The position numbers and the translations under genes were made by a program. Below are positions 8,396 to 19,198 of a stretch of DNA of 32,000 nucleotides, piece after piece. Within the stretch, counting starts at the first letter, position 1, and each line of letters opens with the position of its first letter. The stretch lies in assembly GCA_963699255.1 (NCBI GenBank), contig OY969425.1, positions 1,470,001 through 1,502,000 of the forward strand. Reading direction: 5' to 3'. Under the pieces are notes generated by a model that saw only the letters and a program-made list of their open reading frames with translations, made no database searches and was not told the DNA's origin. Source of the stretch: an uncultured bacterium (GTDB lineage: Bacteria > Margulisbacteria > WOR-1 > CAVSGV01).

Positions 8396-9640
8396 TTGAA
8401 AAGCCTCGAACTTAAATACGGAAGCGGCAGAATATCCTTAAAACTGGATGAAGGAAGTATCCTTTCAGTTCTGTCCGGCAAAAAGATCATGCCTCTTTCG
8501 AACCCCGGGGAAAAGATCAAAAAAGTCCTGAAATATCCCATATCGTCCGCCAGCCTGTATGAAACATTCGTGCCGGGCGAGAAGGTCGCGATAGTCGTGT
8601 CTGACAGGACAAGGAACACCGCCGCTTCCGTTTTTCTCCCGATACTCATCAACGAACTTAACTCCGTCGGGATCGCTGACAGGGATATTTTCATCGTTTT
8701 CGCCTGCGGGACCCACAGACTGCACACAAAGGCGGAGCATATGAAAATAGTGGGGGAGGATGTCGCCGGAAGGGTGACGCTCCTTGACCATGACTGCAGG
8801 GACAACAATGATCTTGTCATGCTGGGCACCACTTCAAGAGGCACGAAAGTTGAGGTCAACAAAAAAGTCGCCGAGGCGGACAGGATCATTTTGACCGGCG
8901 CGATAACATATCATTATTTTGCGGGATATGGCGGAGGCAGAAAAGCGGTCCTGCCGGGGATCTCCGCGTTCCAGACCATCCAGGCGAACCACAAACTTTG
9001 CCTGATGAGCGAAAAGGCAAGCACGGGCGTGCTTTCCGGCAATCTCGTCCATGAGGACATGATCGAGGCCGCAAAGAGGCTCGACCCCGATATGATCTTC
9101 AATGTGATCCTGGACGACATAGGGCGAATATCCGCTGTTTTTGCGGGGGACCTTGTTGCCGCTCACGAAGCGGGATGCGAGGCGCTTGACAGCAATTATA
9201 AGGTCAAGGTCGGAAAAAGATCGAAGTTCGTCATCGCTTCCGCGGGCGGTGGCTTGAAAGACCTTAATTTTGTCCAGTCGCATAAAGCGATGGATAACGC
9301 CTCCCGTGTTCTTGAGGAGGGCGGCACGATGGTCCTGCTCGGCGAGTCTTCCGAGGGATTCCCTTCCGGCGCATATATGAAATACGTCGATCTTGGCTCT
9401 GCAAGGGCGATCGAAGAAGATCTGAATAGGGATTTCACCATTCCGGGGCACACTATCCTTTCGGCTTTTAAAAAAGCGGAGAGGTTCAATATAATCTGGG
9501 TGTCAAAGCTTGAAAAGGAAGTTGTCAGGAAGATCGGTATCGTGCCCGCCGATAACATGGCGGAAGCGATGAATTTGGCTGGAGAGGCGGGACCGGCTTA
9601 TATCATGCCTGATGCTTACAACACCTTCCCGGTGGTGTAA
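8396..9640 (+). CDS. larA: Nickel-dependent lactate racemase family protein (LarA-like)
   Basis: 414 aa, TTG start; VVSDRTRN, ACGTHRLHT, TLLDHDCRD, ITGAITYHYFAGYGGGRKAVLPGIS, NHKLC. Substrate may differ from lactate. Confidence 0.85.
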   Translation: MKSLELKYGSGRISLKLDEGSILSVLSGKKIMPLSNPGEKIKKVLKYPISSASLYETFVPGEKVAIVVSDRTRNTAASVFLPILINELNSVGIADRDIFIVFACGTHRLHTKAEHMKIVGEDVAGRVTLLDHDCRDNNDLVMLGTTSRGTKVEVNKKVAEADRIILTGAITYHYFAGYGGGRKAVLPGISAFQTIQANHKLCLMSEKASTGVLSGNLVHEDMIEAAKRLDPDMIFNVILDDIGRISAVFAGDLVAAHEAGCEALDSNYKVKVGKRSKFVIASAGGGLKDLNFVQSHKAMDNASRVLEEGGTMVLLGESSEGFPSGAYMKYVDLGSARAIEEDLNRDFTIPGHTILSAFKKAERFNIIWVSKLEKEVVRKIGIVPADNMAEAMNLAGEAGPAYIMPDAYNTFPVV

Positions 9641-9756
9641 TGACAAATGCCCAATGACAAATATCAAATTAATGACCAAATCCCAATAATATTATTATAA
9701 TTGGGAATTGAAAATTGGGAATTATTTTGGAATTGGTAATTGGTGATTGGAAATTA
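9641..9756. repeat. Intergenic heptanucleotide-period array in two opposite orientations: AAATCCC-like then AATTGGG-like
   Basis: Left: ACAAATG CCCAATG ACAAATA ... AATGACC AAATCCC AAT. Right: AATTGGG AATTGAA AATTGGG AATTATT TTGG AATTGGT AATTGGT GATTGGA. TCCCAAT 9681-9687 pairs with ATTGGGA 9700-9706. Confidence 0.8.
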
Positions 9757-10488
9757 AATCGAAACTATCTTCAGGGTCCCCCACGCTCCCATCACTTCAT
9801 TCTTAATGATGAGCACGCCGTGAAGACCCCTGATCTTTTTTGCGATATTAAGGCCTTCTTCTATCGTTTCTTCGCTGTTCACCACATTCCCAATGGCGGT
9901 CGCTGCCGCGTCCGCAAGGGCGCACGATCTGGCCGTGACGAGCACGGCGTCGGCTGTCCCGAAAGAAACGGAGTGTCCCACTGTTCCCGCGGAGGTGCAG
10001 ATGCCAAGGGGAGTATCTTGAGGCGAAATCTCTATCGCTATCTTTTCAGAGAACGGGGATTTTCCGGCGTAAACGCCTATCCGTCTTGGCTTGCTGGTCT
10101 TAACGAATATGTCGCCGCCGTTCTCAACGATCACGTCCTTTGAATATTTCAGGAGGCTTTTTCCGACGGTTTCGGCTATGGCGCCCGCCACGGAAGCCAT
10201 GGGTCCCACGTTTGCGCGTTTCGCGGCCCATGACATCAATCTTATTATTTTTGGAGAGAAGAAAGAAACCGGATACGGTCTGAAAGTCTTAACGAACTTA
10301 GGGTTTTTCTCGATGTAATCTTCGAGTTCCCTTCTTTCTTTTTTAAGTATTTCGTGAGCGGGGCCGGTAAGGGCTTTTTCCGCAAGAACAAGGAGATCAG
10401 ATTCCTTTTCTATTACGGCGCTCCTTACCAATCCTTTCGCGCTTATCAGCTTCCTGTATTTGAATTCCTGCGTTTTCATGAAGTTCAA
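9754..10488 (-). CDS. UPF0280 family protein (ApbE-superfamily related)
   Basis: 244 aa; VGPMASVAGAIAETVGKSLLKYSKDVIVENGGDIF, PLGICTSAGTVGHSVSFGTADAVLVTARSCALADAAATAIGN. Confidence 0.88.
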   Translation of the reverse strand: MNFMKTQEFKYRKLISAKGLVRSAVIEKESDLLVLAEKALTGPAHEILKKERRELEDYIEKNPKFVKTFRPYPVSFFSPKIIRLMSWAAKRANVGPMASVAGAIAETVGKSLLKYSKDVIVENGGDIFVKTSKPRRIGVYAGKSPFSEKIAIEISPQDTPLGICTSAGTVGHSVSFGTADAVLVTARSCALADAAATAIGNVVNSEETIEEGLNIAKKIRGLHGVLIIKNEVMGAWGTLKIVSI

Positions 10489-10515
10489 TTATACATATAT
10501 GTTATAATCCAGTCA

Positions 10516-11244
10516 ATGAATGTAGGGATCTTAGCCGATATACACGGCAACCTGGAAGCGTTGAGATCGGTCCTTATCGCCCTGAAAGACATTTCACTCT
10601 GTGTCTGCGCCGGGGATATAGTCGGATACGGCCCGAACCCGAACGAATGCATCGAGATCATCAGGGACCTGAAATGCGAAACTGTTGCCGGGAACAACGA
10701 TCTCGCCTCTGTCGGCAGGCTCGATACAGCCCTGTTCAACAGCGAGGCCGCGGAGTCGATCCTCTGGACATCCGGCGTCCTGACGGCGGATAACAGGAAA
10801 TTCCTGGAGGGCCTGCCTGAATATATGGAAACGGCTGATTATGAGATCGTCCACGGCAGCCTTCGCGATCCTATTGAAGAGTATATTACGAACATTCCCA
10901 CCGGAGCCGCGACCATCGAACTCATGAAAAAGGACATATGTTTTGTTGGGCACCTTCACATACCACTGGTGATTGTAAAGGACAGAGAGGGAAAATACGA
11001 CGGCTGGCAGCTGAGTGACGGCGATGTGATCGACGCTTCAAAGTTCGATAAGGTCGTCATAAACGTCGGCGCCGTGGGTCAGCCCCGCGACATGGACGCG
11101 AGAGCGAGTTTCGGCGTATTCGATACCGAGGCAAAGACCGTCGAAATAAGAAAGGTTGAATATAACATCGCAGCGGTCCAGGAAAAGATGAGAAAAGCGG
11201 ATCTTCCTGATTTCCTGATAGAGCGGCTTAAGTATGGGAGATGA
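10516..11244 (+). CDS. Metallophosphoesterase (YfcE/MdoD-like calcineurin fold)
   Basis: MNVGILADIHGNLEALRSVL, CAGDIVGYGPNPNECI, VAGNND, VHGSLRDP, FVGHLHIPLV, NVGAVGQPRD. The track start 10354 is replaced by ATG 10516, which matches the family N-terminus. Confidence 0.92.
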   Translation: MNVGILADIHGNLEALRSVLIALKDISLCVCAGDIVGYGPNPNECIEIIRDLKCETVAGNNDLASVGRLDTALFNSEAAESILWTSGVLTADNRKFLEGLPEYMETADYEIVHGSLRDPIEEYITNIPTGAATIELMKKDICFVGHLHIPLVIVKDREGKYDGWQLSDGDVIDASKFDKVVINVGAVGQPRDMDARASFGVFDTEAKTVEIRKVEYNIAAVQEKMRKADLPDFLIERLKYGR

Positions 11245-11291
11245 TTAGTTTATCACTATCGCAGGTTTCCTAGTCTTTTCCTGATAGCTCT

Positions 11292-11883
11292 TTACAGGAC
11301 TCCTTTTGTGGACGGAACTCCTTTTTTCCTCGGATCGATCGCGCAGGCCTTTGACAGCGTAACGGCGAAAGCCTTGAAGATGGATTCTATTATGTGATGC
11401 ATGTTCCCGCCGCGGATCAGGTTGACATGGACCGTAACGCCGGCGTTCAGGCTGAAAGCCTCAAAGAACTCTTTTACCACTTCAACATCGAAGTCAATGA
11501 ACTTCGTCTTTGTTATCGGGACATTGTAAGTGAGGTGCGGCCGTCCGCTTATATCGATAATGACTTCCGTCAAAGCTTCGTCCATGGGGACCTTTGATTC
11601 GCCGTACCTGACTATGCCTTCTTTGTTCCCCAGAGCTTCCCTGAATGCCTGTCCCATGCAGATCCCCAACATCTTCAACGGTATGGTGGTAATCGACATT
11701 TATGTCGCCTTTAGCTGTAAGCTTCAGATCAAATATCCCGTGTTTCGCGAAGAGGGTTAGCATATGGTCAAAAAATGGAATGCCGGTCTTTACGCTGCCT
11801 TTCCCCTTGCCGTCGATGTTCAGGGAGAGAGATATGTTCGTTTCGCCTGTTTTTCGAAGTACCTTTGCGGTGCGTTTCGGCAT
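11292..11883 (-). pseudogene. hisB: Imidazoleglycerol-phosphate dehydratase, interrupted by an apparent 1-nt insertion at the CCCC run 11664-11667
   Basis: N-part (11494..11883) ...[19 protein letters not shown]...[10 protein letters not shown]; C-part (11292..11699) [21 protein letters not shown]...RGGNMHHIIESIFKAFA...GVPSTKGVL. Removing one G from the coding-strand GGGG rejoins [12 protein letters not shown]. Confidence 0.9.
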
Positions 11884-12150
11884 TTATTTCTTTTCGCCTT
11901 TCAATAGACCCTCATCGTTCTTAAGCTTATTTTCAAGTTCCCTGATATTTCCAAGCATCCTGGCTTCTTCGGCTGCAGATACTATGCCCGTGAAAATGAT
12001 CCCGATCAATATCGATATCAGTATCACCAGCGAAAGAGAGACCTGAAAGCTCCAGATAAAGATGGAGACCGTGACCATTTGTGAATTAGCCAGAGCGAAC
12101 CAGGTGAAGATGATGGCGAGAATTATGGCGGTGATCAGACTTCTCATCAT
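11884..12150 (-). CDS. Small membrane protein, LapA/DUF1049-like
   Basis: 88 aa; two hydrophobic segments (MRSLITAIILAIIFTWFALANSQMVTVSIF; VSLSLVILISILIGIIFTGIV) followed by a charged coil. Confidence 0.7.
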   Translation of the reverse strand: MMRSLITAIILAIIFTWFALANSQMVTVSIFIWSFQVSLSLVILISILIGIIFTGIVSAAEEARMLGNIRELENKLKNDEGLLKGEKK

Positions 12151-12205
12151 ATTATTTCTCCTTTCGGGACAAGCAATTATAGTATTTGTTGACAGTTAAT
12201 ACAAT

Positions 12206-13228
12206 TCATTGGAATAGCTTCGGCTGTTTCCCTTTTTTCTCTATCCCCAGATGCTTGTACGCAGCGTCGGTCGCGACCCTCCCGCGGGGCGTCCTCTCCA
12301 TGAAGCCGATCTGCATAAGATACGGTTCGTACACGTCTTCGATGGTTTCCGACTCTTCCGATATCGAAGCCGCAAGGGTCTCAATTCCTACGGGACCTCC
12401 GCTGAATTTCTCGATGATGGTCTTCAGGAGTTTCCTGTCGACGTGATCCAGGCCTGTTTGGTCTATGTCCAGGTTATTGAGGGCCAGCTTCGTTATTTCC
12501 AGGTCTATGTTGCCGTGCGATTTTACCTGGCTGTAATCCCTGACCCTTCTGAGTATCCGGTTGGCTATCCTCGGCGTTCCGCGGGACCTTTTCGCTATCT
12601 CGCCGGCGCTTTCATCGCTTATCTTTACGCCGAGCACATCCGAAGAATGCCTGATGATGACTTCCAGTTCCTTTACGGTATAAAATTCCAGCCTGGCGAT
12701 AACGCCGAACCTGTCGCGCAGAGGGGATGTCAGTTGCCCGGCCCTTGTTGTCGCCCCGATCAGCGTGAACTTGGGCAGGTCAAGCCGGATCGATCTGGCG
12801 GAAGGACCCTTGCCGATGACTATATCCAGGCCGAAATCCTCCATAGCGGGATACAGGACCTCCTCGACGACGCGGTTAAGGCGATGGATCTCGTCAATGA
12901 ACAGAATATCAAAGTCTTTCAGGTTCGTTAATATGGCAGCGAGATCGCCGGGCCGCTCTATCGCCGGGCCGGAAGATATCTTTATGTTAACGCCCATTTC
13001 GTTCGCGATGATGTTCGCGAGGGTCGTCTTCCCGAGCCCCGGCGGTCCGTAAAGAAGTATGTGTTCGAGCGCCTCGCCCCTTTTCCTGGCCGCTTCCATG
13101 TGAATGACAAGGCTTTCCTTTATCTTTTCCTGCCCTATGAAGTTCGAAAGATTTTTGGGCCTCAGGCCTACAAAAGCCAGATCTTCATCTTTTCGATCAA
13201 CCGTTATTATTCTTTCCGCTTCTTTCAA
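12206..13228 (-). CDS. ruvB: Holliday junction branch migration DNA helicase RuvB
   Basis: 340 aa; [92 protein letters not shown]. Confidence 0.98.
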   Translation of the reverse strand: MKEAERIITVDRKDEDLAFVGLRPKNLSNFIGQEKIKESLVIHMEAARKRGEALEHILLYGPPGLGKTTLANIIANEMGVNIKISSGPAIERPGDLAAILTNLKDFDILFIDEIHRLNRVVEEVLYPAMEDFGLDIVIGKGPSARSIRLDLPKFTLIGATTRAGQLTSPLRDRFGVIARLEFYTVKELEVIIRHSSDVLGVKISDESAGEIAKRSRGTPRIANRILRRVRDYSQVKSHGNIDLEITKLALNNLDIDQTGLDHVDRKLLKTIIEKFSGGPVGIETLAASISEESETIEDVYEPYLMQIGFMERTPRGRVATDAAYKHLGIEKKGKQPKLFQ

Positions 13229-13232
13229 TATA

Positions 13233-15542
13233 TCACCCTTTTACCGGGACATGAGGAAGATCTTCGCTGTAATGCCTTTTGTATTCATAATAACTTTTCA
13301 TCACTTTCTGGACGTAACGCCTTGTTTCAGAAAGGGGGATGCTTTCCACGAATTCATCTATGTCGATGTTCGGGCCCACTTCCCTCCACCATTTGTTCAT
13401 CCATTTTTGCACTCTTACAGGCCCGCCGTTATAAGCGGCCAGCGCAAGTGACGGATCATTATTGAATCTTTTAAGCAGTTGGGAGAGGTAATAACATCCC
13501 ATCTTTATATTCGTGTCCGGATCATGGAGCCTGCTTGTATAATAAGGATTTATTCCGATCAGCCGGGCAAGGCTGCGTCCGGTCGGAGGGATGATCTGCA
13601 TCAAGCCGCGCGCGTGCGCCCATGAAAGAGTTTGCGGGTTGAACCGGCTTTCTTCCCTTATGACCGCCAGCACAAGGCTTTTATCCACCCCGAATTGGTC
13701 CGCGTATTCGCTTACAAATTTATAATAACCTTTCGGGTAGGCGAGATGCCACAGGGCCGCCGGCAGCTGACCCGAAGTGCCGGATATTATCGCGTTATTG
13801 CAAAGCGTTTCCGCATAAACGATCGATTCCCTTATTTGTCCGGCCGCAAGGTGAGCTGTCGCGAGGGCGAGTTTTGCCGACATTTTCTTGTCTTCGGGAG
13901 AGACCGCGACAAGCACCTCGGCTTCTTTTGCGGCTTCATCATAGAAACCTATGGCCATCAGCTCAGAATATTTCTTGAAATGTTCCCTTGCGTCAATTGC
14001 CTTGACAGGAGGGGACTCCCTTGTGGCTGTTTGGTCATCCACTCCGGGCTCGAAAGGCAGAGGTTCTTCAAGGAAATCACGGCCCTCGGGAAGAGGGGTT
14101 TCGGCGAACGGCCCTTCGCCTATGGCACTGATGGTTTCGTTATCGGGAGCTCCTCCGCTCGGTTCGATGTTTGGAACGCCAAGGGATGCCAGCTTTTCCC
14201 TTGCTCTGTAGCTGTAATAAGTATGGTCAAATCTTCCCATGACGAACTGATATGAGGATATAGCATCCAGCTTATTCCCCATTTTTTCCTGCGCCATCGC
14301 TTTCCAGTACGCGCACGCGTCAAGCCAGTCACCGCTTGAGCATGACCATATGGCTTTTGAGAAGGCGTCGCAGGCCCTGGAATAATCCTTTCTGAAATAA
14401 TAGATCCTCCCCATCCTCCAGTAAGCGTCATCCAGAAATTCGCTTTTCGGGAACTGTTCAACAAAGTGGTTGTAGTAAGACAGCGCGGTATCCTTGAAGC
14501 CGTTGGTTTCATAATAATATCCTATGTAATATGCGGCATCGTCGGCGTACTGCGAGTTCGGATAATTGGTCACCACCTTGGCAAGGCTGTCCAGCGCCTG
14601 ATAAAAATATCCCGCCTTGCCGTACGCGAACGCCAGATAGAATTGCGCGGCATCGGCAAAATCCCCGTTCTGTCTTATGCAGAGCTTGAACATTGATACC
14701 GCCGAGCTCAGTCTTTTTCTTTTATAATCGCAAAGGCCCAGTTTGAAAAGCGCCTCTTCCCAGAGGTTGCTTTTCCTGTAGTTCGTTACTATCGTTTGGA
14801 GGGTGACCCCGGCGGATCCAAAATCCCCGTAATTATAATAGATCAGGGCTTTGTTGTAGAGATCTTCCGCGGATGCGGCGCCGGGATATATCTTATACCT
14901 GCCCGACAGGTACTTTATCCTTGCGACCGCTTCCTTTACAAGCGGGCTCAGCGGATGGTAAAGGTTCACTTCGTGATATGCTTTTATCGCCTCCGCAGGC
15001 TTACCGGCTTTTTCGTAACACTTCCCGAGATCGAGCCTCGCCCTGTCAAGCGGGGTAAGATAGGAGCCCTCCGATATGAGAGTTTTGTATATCTCTATGG
15101 CATCCTGTACTTTTCCCGTCATAAAAAGGCACTCCGCCAGCCTGATATCCGCGTCGGATTTTAGCGCGCTGTCGGAAAAGATATCCTTGTAGCAACTGTA
15201 TGCTTCATCATACTGTTTATTGTTGAAATATATTTCCCCAAGATAGAATTTGGCATAATCGAAAAGCGGAAAATCGGGCCTGACGGAGAGGGGCCTGAAA
15301 ATATCCTCTGCCTGCTTGGCATCTCCCTTTTTAGCCAGGCATTGCGCCTTAAGGAACAGCGCCCTGTTCGTCCACGGGTCTTGCGCATCGGAGATCAGCT
15401 TGTTCAGTTCAAAGATGGAGTCATCGAAGAATTTCCATTTGTACAGCGTGATGGCGCGATCCATTGTAGTATTGCTTGCACAAAACGACTGCACGGAAAG
15501 CAATAAGCCGAGAAACGCGAAAAAAAGTATGATCTTCTTCAT
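13233..15542 (-). CDS. Secreted lytic transglycosylase with N-terminal TPR repeats and C-terminal SLT domain
   Basis: 769 aa; signal-like [21 protein letters not shown], many TPR units, then [37 protein letters not shown]...[14 protein letters not shown]....[16 protein letters not shown]. Confidence 0.93.
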   Translation of the reverse strand: MKKIILFFAFLGLLLSVQSFCASNTTMDRAITLYKWKFFDDSIFELNKLISDAQDPWTNRALFLKAQCLAKKGDAKQAEDIFRPLSVRPDFPLFDYAKFYLGEIYFNNKQYDEAYSCYKDIFSDSALKSDADIRLAECLFMTGKVQDAIEIYKTLISEGSYLTPLDRARLDLGKCYEKAGKPAEAIKAYHEVNLYHPLSPLVKEAVARIKYLSGRYKIYPGAASAEDLYNKALIYYNYGDFGSAGVTLQTIVTNYRKSNLWEEALFKLGLCDYKRKRLSSAVSMFKLCIRQNGDFADAAQFYLAFAYGKAGYFYQALDSLAKVVTNYPNSQYADDAAYYIGYYYETNGFKDTALSYYNHFVEQFPKSEFLDDAYWRMGRIYYFRKDYSRACDAFSKAIWSCSSGDWLDACAYWKAMAQEKMGNKLDAISSYQFVMGRFDHTYYSYRAREKLASLGVPNIEPSGGAPDNETISAIGEGPFAETPLPEGRDFLEEPLPFEPGVDDQTATRESPPVKAIDAREHFKKYSELMAIGFYDEAAKEAEVLVAVSPEDKKMSAKLALATAHLAAGQIRESIVYAETLCNNAIISGTSGQLPAALWHLAYPKGYYKFVSEYADQFGVDKSLVLAVIREESRFNPQTLSWAHARGLMQIIPPTGRSLARLIGINPYYTSRLHDPDTNIKMGCYYLSQLLKRFNNDPSLALAAYNGGPVRVQKWMNKWWREVGPNIDIDEFVESIPLSETRRYVQKVMKSYYEYKRHYSEDLPHVPVKG

Positions 15543-15562
15543 TTATCCGAATTTTAGCACAG

Positions 15563-17693
15563 TTACGAAGCTTTTGTAAGCGGGGCGTATTTGGCCATAA
15601 GGATCTTTTCTCCGGCTGATTCGAAATTCACCTGGATGATCAGCTCGCTTTTCTCTCCGGATAATCCGACGATCTCTCCCCGGCCGAATTTCGGGTGGTT
15701 GATGGCGTCTCCAACGTTAAAATTGTATTCGATCTCCTCGGCCGGCGCATTTATCTCGATCTTTTCCTGCTTTTTTGCGCTGGCATCCGCCCTTATCAGA
15801 TTCAAGGGTATCTCTTCAAGGAACCTGGACGGCCCGTTGTACCAATTCTCGCCGAATATCAGCCTCTCCTCGGCGGATGTCAGATACAGCCGCTTCTTTG
15901 CCCTTGTCATTCCCACATAGCAGAGGCGGCGCTCCTCCTCCAGTTCCGAGGGTTCCGTCAAACTTCGATAATGAGGGAATATTCCTTCTTCCATTCCTGC
16001 GATGAAAACCACCGGGAACTCCAGCCCCTTGGCTCCGTGAAGCGTCATCAAAGTGACAGCGGGAGCGTTCTCATCCAGCTTATCCATGTCAGTCATCAGG
16101 GAGACCTGCGTCAGGAAGGCGGTCAGCGTATTCTCGGCCGAGTTCTTCTCGAATTCCTTTGCGACGGATATCAGCTCCTTTATGTTCTCGACCCTGCTTA
16201 TTGACTCGGGCGTGGCTTCCAGCTCCAGACGCTGCTTGTAGCCCGATTCATGGATGACCTTTTCGATCATTTCTGACGCCGAAAAATTCGGCAGGTCAAA
16301 CTTGAAGCCGTTGATCGTGTCGACGAACCTCTGCAGAGGTTTCTTCAGCTTTGGCGTCAGTTCCAGGTTATCGATATCCTGGATGACCTCCAGGATCGAC
16401 TTGTTCTCCTTTTCTCCCGACTCCTCAAGCTTTTTCAGCGTCCCCTTGCCGACCCCGTCGATGGTGTTCATTATCAGGCGAGCCGCGCTTATGTTGTCCT
16501 TTGAATTGACCGTCAGTCTGAGGTATGAAAGTATGTCCTTGATCTCCGCTCTCTCGTAGAACTTCACGCCGGACACTATCCTGTAAGGTATGCCCTCCTG
16601 CATGAAGACCTCTTCGAGCACGCGGGACTGGGCGTTAGTCCTGTATAGTACGACAAAATCGTTGTACATGTACCTGTCCGCCAGCTTCCGTATCTCTCCC
16701 GTGATGTAGCGCGCCTCGCCGTGGGAATCATGCAGTCATGAAGTGTTCGATAAGCTCGCCGTCGGCATTTTCCGTCCACAGGTTCTTTTCCTTCCTGAGC
16801 TTGTTATTTGCAATAACGCTGTTCGCGGCGTCAAGGATCGTTTTCGTGGACCTGTAGTTCTGCTCAAGCAAGATGACCTTCGCGTCCTTGTAATCGCTCT
16901 CAAAATTAAGTATGTTCTTGAAATCGGCGCCGCGCCATCCGTATATCGACTGGTCGCTGTCGCCCACCACGCAGAGATTGCGGTGCTTTTTCGCGAGCAT
17001 TTTTGTCAGCGTGTACTGGACAAGGTTCGTATCCTGGTATTCGTCCACATTGATATATCTCAGCCTGTCCTGGTAGTATTCCAGCGTCGGGGAGGACTCC
17101 CTGAAGAGCTTGACCGTGAACATTAGCATGTCATCAAAATCCATTGCGTTGTTCTTGAACAGCTTTTCCTGATACATCCTGTAAGCCGCGGCGATCTTTT
17201 CCGCGGAAATATCAAGGGCCGTATCTTCGTAAGACTGCGGGGTCTTGAGCTCGTTCTTCGCCTTGCTTATTTTTTCAAGCACTGTACGCGGCTTGAACCT
17301 GTCATCCAGGTCAAGAGCCTTGATTATCTCCCTAATCAGCGATTCCTGGTCGTCCTCGTCGAATATAAGGAAGTCCTTCCTCCATCCGATCTTATCGATG
17401 TCGTGCCTAAGGATGCGGCCGCATATGGAATGGAACGTTCCTATCCAGAGCTGGCGGGACAGCACGCCCGTCAGGCGGTTCAGGCGGTGCTTCATCTCGT
17501 TCGCGGCCTTGTTGGTGAACGTTACGGCGAGGATGCTGGACGGAGCTACGTTGTGTTCCTTGATGAGATAGGCGATGCGGTGGGTCAGGACCCTGGTTTT
17601 TCCCGATCCCGCGCCTGCTATTATCAGGAGCGGACCGTCGATGTGCTTTACGGCTTCCTGCTGGCTTGCGTTCAGGCTCTTAAGTATGGACAT
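15563..17693 (-). pseudogene. pcrA: PcrA/UvrD-type superfamily 1 DNA helicase, interrupted by an apparent 1-nt insertion near 16730
   Basis: N-part: LNASQQEAVKHIDGPLLIIAGAGSGKTRVLTHRIAYL, VDEYQDTN, GDSDQSIYGWRGA, LEQNYRST...LIEHFMTA. C-part: MYNDFVVLYRTNAQSRVLEE, LMTLHGAKGLEFPVVFIAGMEEG, EERRLCYVGMTRAKKRLYL. Removing one base restores ...HFMTADSHGEARYITGEIRKLADRYMYNDF. Start ATG 17693. Confidence 0.9.
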
Positions 17694-17710
17694 TGAAGGT
17701 GAATTATACC

Positions 17711-17743
17711 AAAAAAAATGCCCCGACGAAAGCCGGGGCATTT
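17711..17743 (-). terminator. Rho-independent terminator for the minus-strand barrel gene 17768..18412
   Basis: Perfect 10-bp stem AAATGCCCCG (17716-17725) / CGGGGCATTT (17734-17743), 8-nt loop; on the minus strand it is followed by T8 (A8 at 17711-17718 on +). Confidence 0.9.
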
Positions 17744-17767
17744 CATTTAAATATGATCAGGTAAAGA

Positions 17768-18412
17768 TCACAGGCTCCACTGAGCGGCGAGCGATATGGT
17801 CTGGAACAGATTGGAGTCGATCCAGAACCTGTCCAGTTCAGCAAGAACAGCTAAATTCGTTTTAATGTCGTATTTTACGCCGACCCCGAAATTAGTGTCG
17901 GTCTCGGAAATCGACTTGGTTCCCTTAATCTTCCAGTTGTTCATCAGCGCGGCTGCAATTCCATATATTGTCAGCTGCGGCCTGATCATTTTACTTCCCG
18001 AAACGCCGACGGTATTCACTCCCCATGTAAGATGATTGGAGGAGACCGACGCAAGGTCGATAAACCCGGCGAGGTCGAGAGGGTCATTATCCGCCGTCTT
18101 TAAAAAGCTGTATTTTACCCCCACGCCTAATGAATTGGCCGCGTCAGAAATATCAAGATCACTGACCACGTATGAACCGTTCCAGAGTTCCGCGTACACA
18201 TCCAGGTCCTTTGTTAGGCCGTACGTTGCTTTAGCTCCCAAGCCGCCGAAAGAACCGCTGGTATTGTATGCCGTGAACCCTGTAGTCGAATATTGCGCTT
18301 GGACCTCCCATTTTTCCTGTCCCACGGTTGTGCCTGTTGTGAGCAAGCCGAACGCAAAACATGAACCGGAAACGGCGGCCAAGAGAAATATCGCTATTAG
18401 AGCTTTCTTCAT
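17768..18412 (-). CDS. Predicted outer-membrane beta-barrel protein
   Basis: 214 aa; signal peptide MKKALIAIFLLAAVSGSCFAF; alternating strands LGVGVKYSFL, NFGVGVKYDIKTNLAVLAELDRF; terminal ISLAAQWSL. Paralogous to 18450..19067. Confidence 0.8.
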   Translation of the reverse strand: MKKALIAIFLLAAVSGSCFAFGLLTTGTTVGQEKWEVQAQYSTTGFTAYNTSGSFGGLGAKATYGLTKDLDVYAELWNGSYVVSDLDISDAANSLGVGVKYSFLKTADNDPLDLAGFIDLASVSSNHLTWGVNTVGVSGSKMIRPQLTIYGIAAALMNNWKIKGTKSISETDTNFGVGVKYDIKTNLAVLAELDRFWIDSNLFQTISLAAQWSL

Positions 18413-18449
18413 AGAATTTTCACCTCCGATATATTTTACTTTGGACTAT

Positions 18450-19067
18450 TTACATTTCATACTGGACGGCCATGGAGAACGTCTGGTATGAATCCGACGC
18501 CATAGTGTACAGCATCAGTTCCGCGAGCGCGCTCAGCTTTTTACTGAACTGATATTTCGCTCCGAATCCCCACATGCAATCGTTAGAGTTGGCTGATTTT
18601 GAACCGGTGAACTTGTTCGTGTTCTGCATGCCGTAAAGAGCGCCGTAGATCGTGAACTCATTCCTTAATGATCTGCTCGCGATCATGCCAATGCTGGTCG
18701 TGCCCTGGTTGATGTCTTTTCCTGAAATGGAATCATAACCGAGTATGGCAGCCAGATCCAACGGTGTGTTCCACAATGATTTTGGGATGGTGTACTTTCC
18801 CGCTATGCCGATCTCGGTTGCGCCTGTTCCGGAATAGGTCACCGATCCAACCTTGCCGACCATATCGATATCGTCGGTCACTCCATAAATGATTTTCGGA
18901 CCATATGCGGTGATGTTCTCATCAGACAGTTTTACAGGGGTTGAACTGTAATAGCCTTGAATGGCGAAATTATCCTTTCCCATGGAAGAAGGTACCAATA
19001 ATACCTCGGCGGAGCAGACGCTGAACAGCAAACCCGCGATCAAAACTGACAATAATGTTTTCTTCAT
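18450..19067 (-). CDS. Predicted outer-membrane beta-barrel protein, paralogue of the downstream gene
   Basis: 205 aa; signal peptide MKKTLLSVLIAGLLFSVCSA; shared pattern PLDLA..., FTIYGALYGM, WGFGAKYQFSKKLSALAELMLY, FSMAVQYEM. Confidence 0.8.
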   Translation of the reverse strand: MKKTLLSVLIAGLLFSVCSAEVLLVPSSMGKDNFAIQGYYSSTPVKLSDENITAYGPKIIYGVTDDIDMVGKVGSVTYSGTGATEIGIAGKYTIPKSLWNTPLDLAAILGYDSISGKDINQGTTSIGMIASRSLRNEFTIYGALYGMQNTNKFTGSKSANSNDCMWGFGAKYQFSKKLSALAELMLYTMASDSYQTFSMAVQYEM

Positions 19068-19089
19068 TTTTTATCCTCCTTGCGAGTTA

Positions 19090-19117
19090 ATTCTACATAA
19101 ACCAATTTTTATGTCAA
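19090..19117 (-). promoter_or_regulatory. Sigma70-type promoter for the barrel gene pair: TTGACA-N16-TAGAAT
   Basis: Minus strand: TTGACA at 19117-19112, 16-nt spacer, TAGAAT at 19095-19090, then AAGGAGG and ATG 19067. Confidence 0.7.
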
Positions 19118-19198
19118 CCCAAAACTACGAACAGCATAAATTCATGCTCAATTCAAAAGTTTGCAAGATACATTTTCTAATGATAATATTGCCTTTCT

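Noticed and set aside
12251-12931. 226-aa plus-strand ORF
   Set aside because: Antisense to ruvB, no plausible start context or motif.
15563-16669. Stand-alone helicase C-terminal gene
   Set aside because: The bases upstream continue the UvrD family sequence without a break once one inserted base is removed, so it is the second half of one gene.
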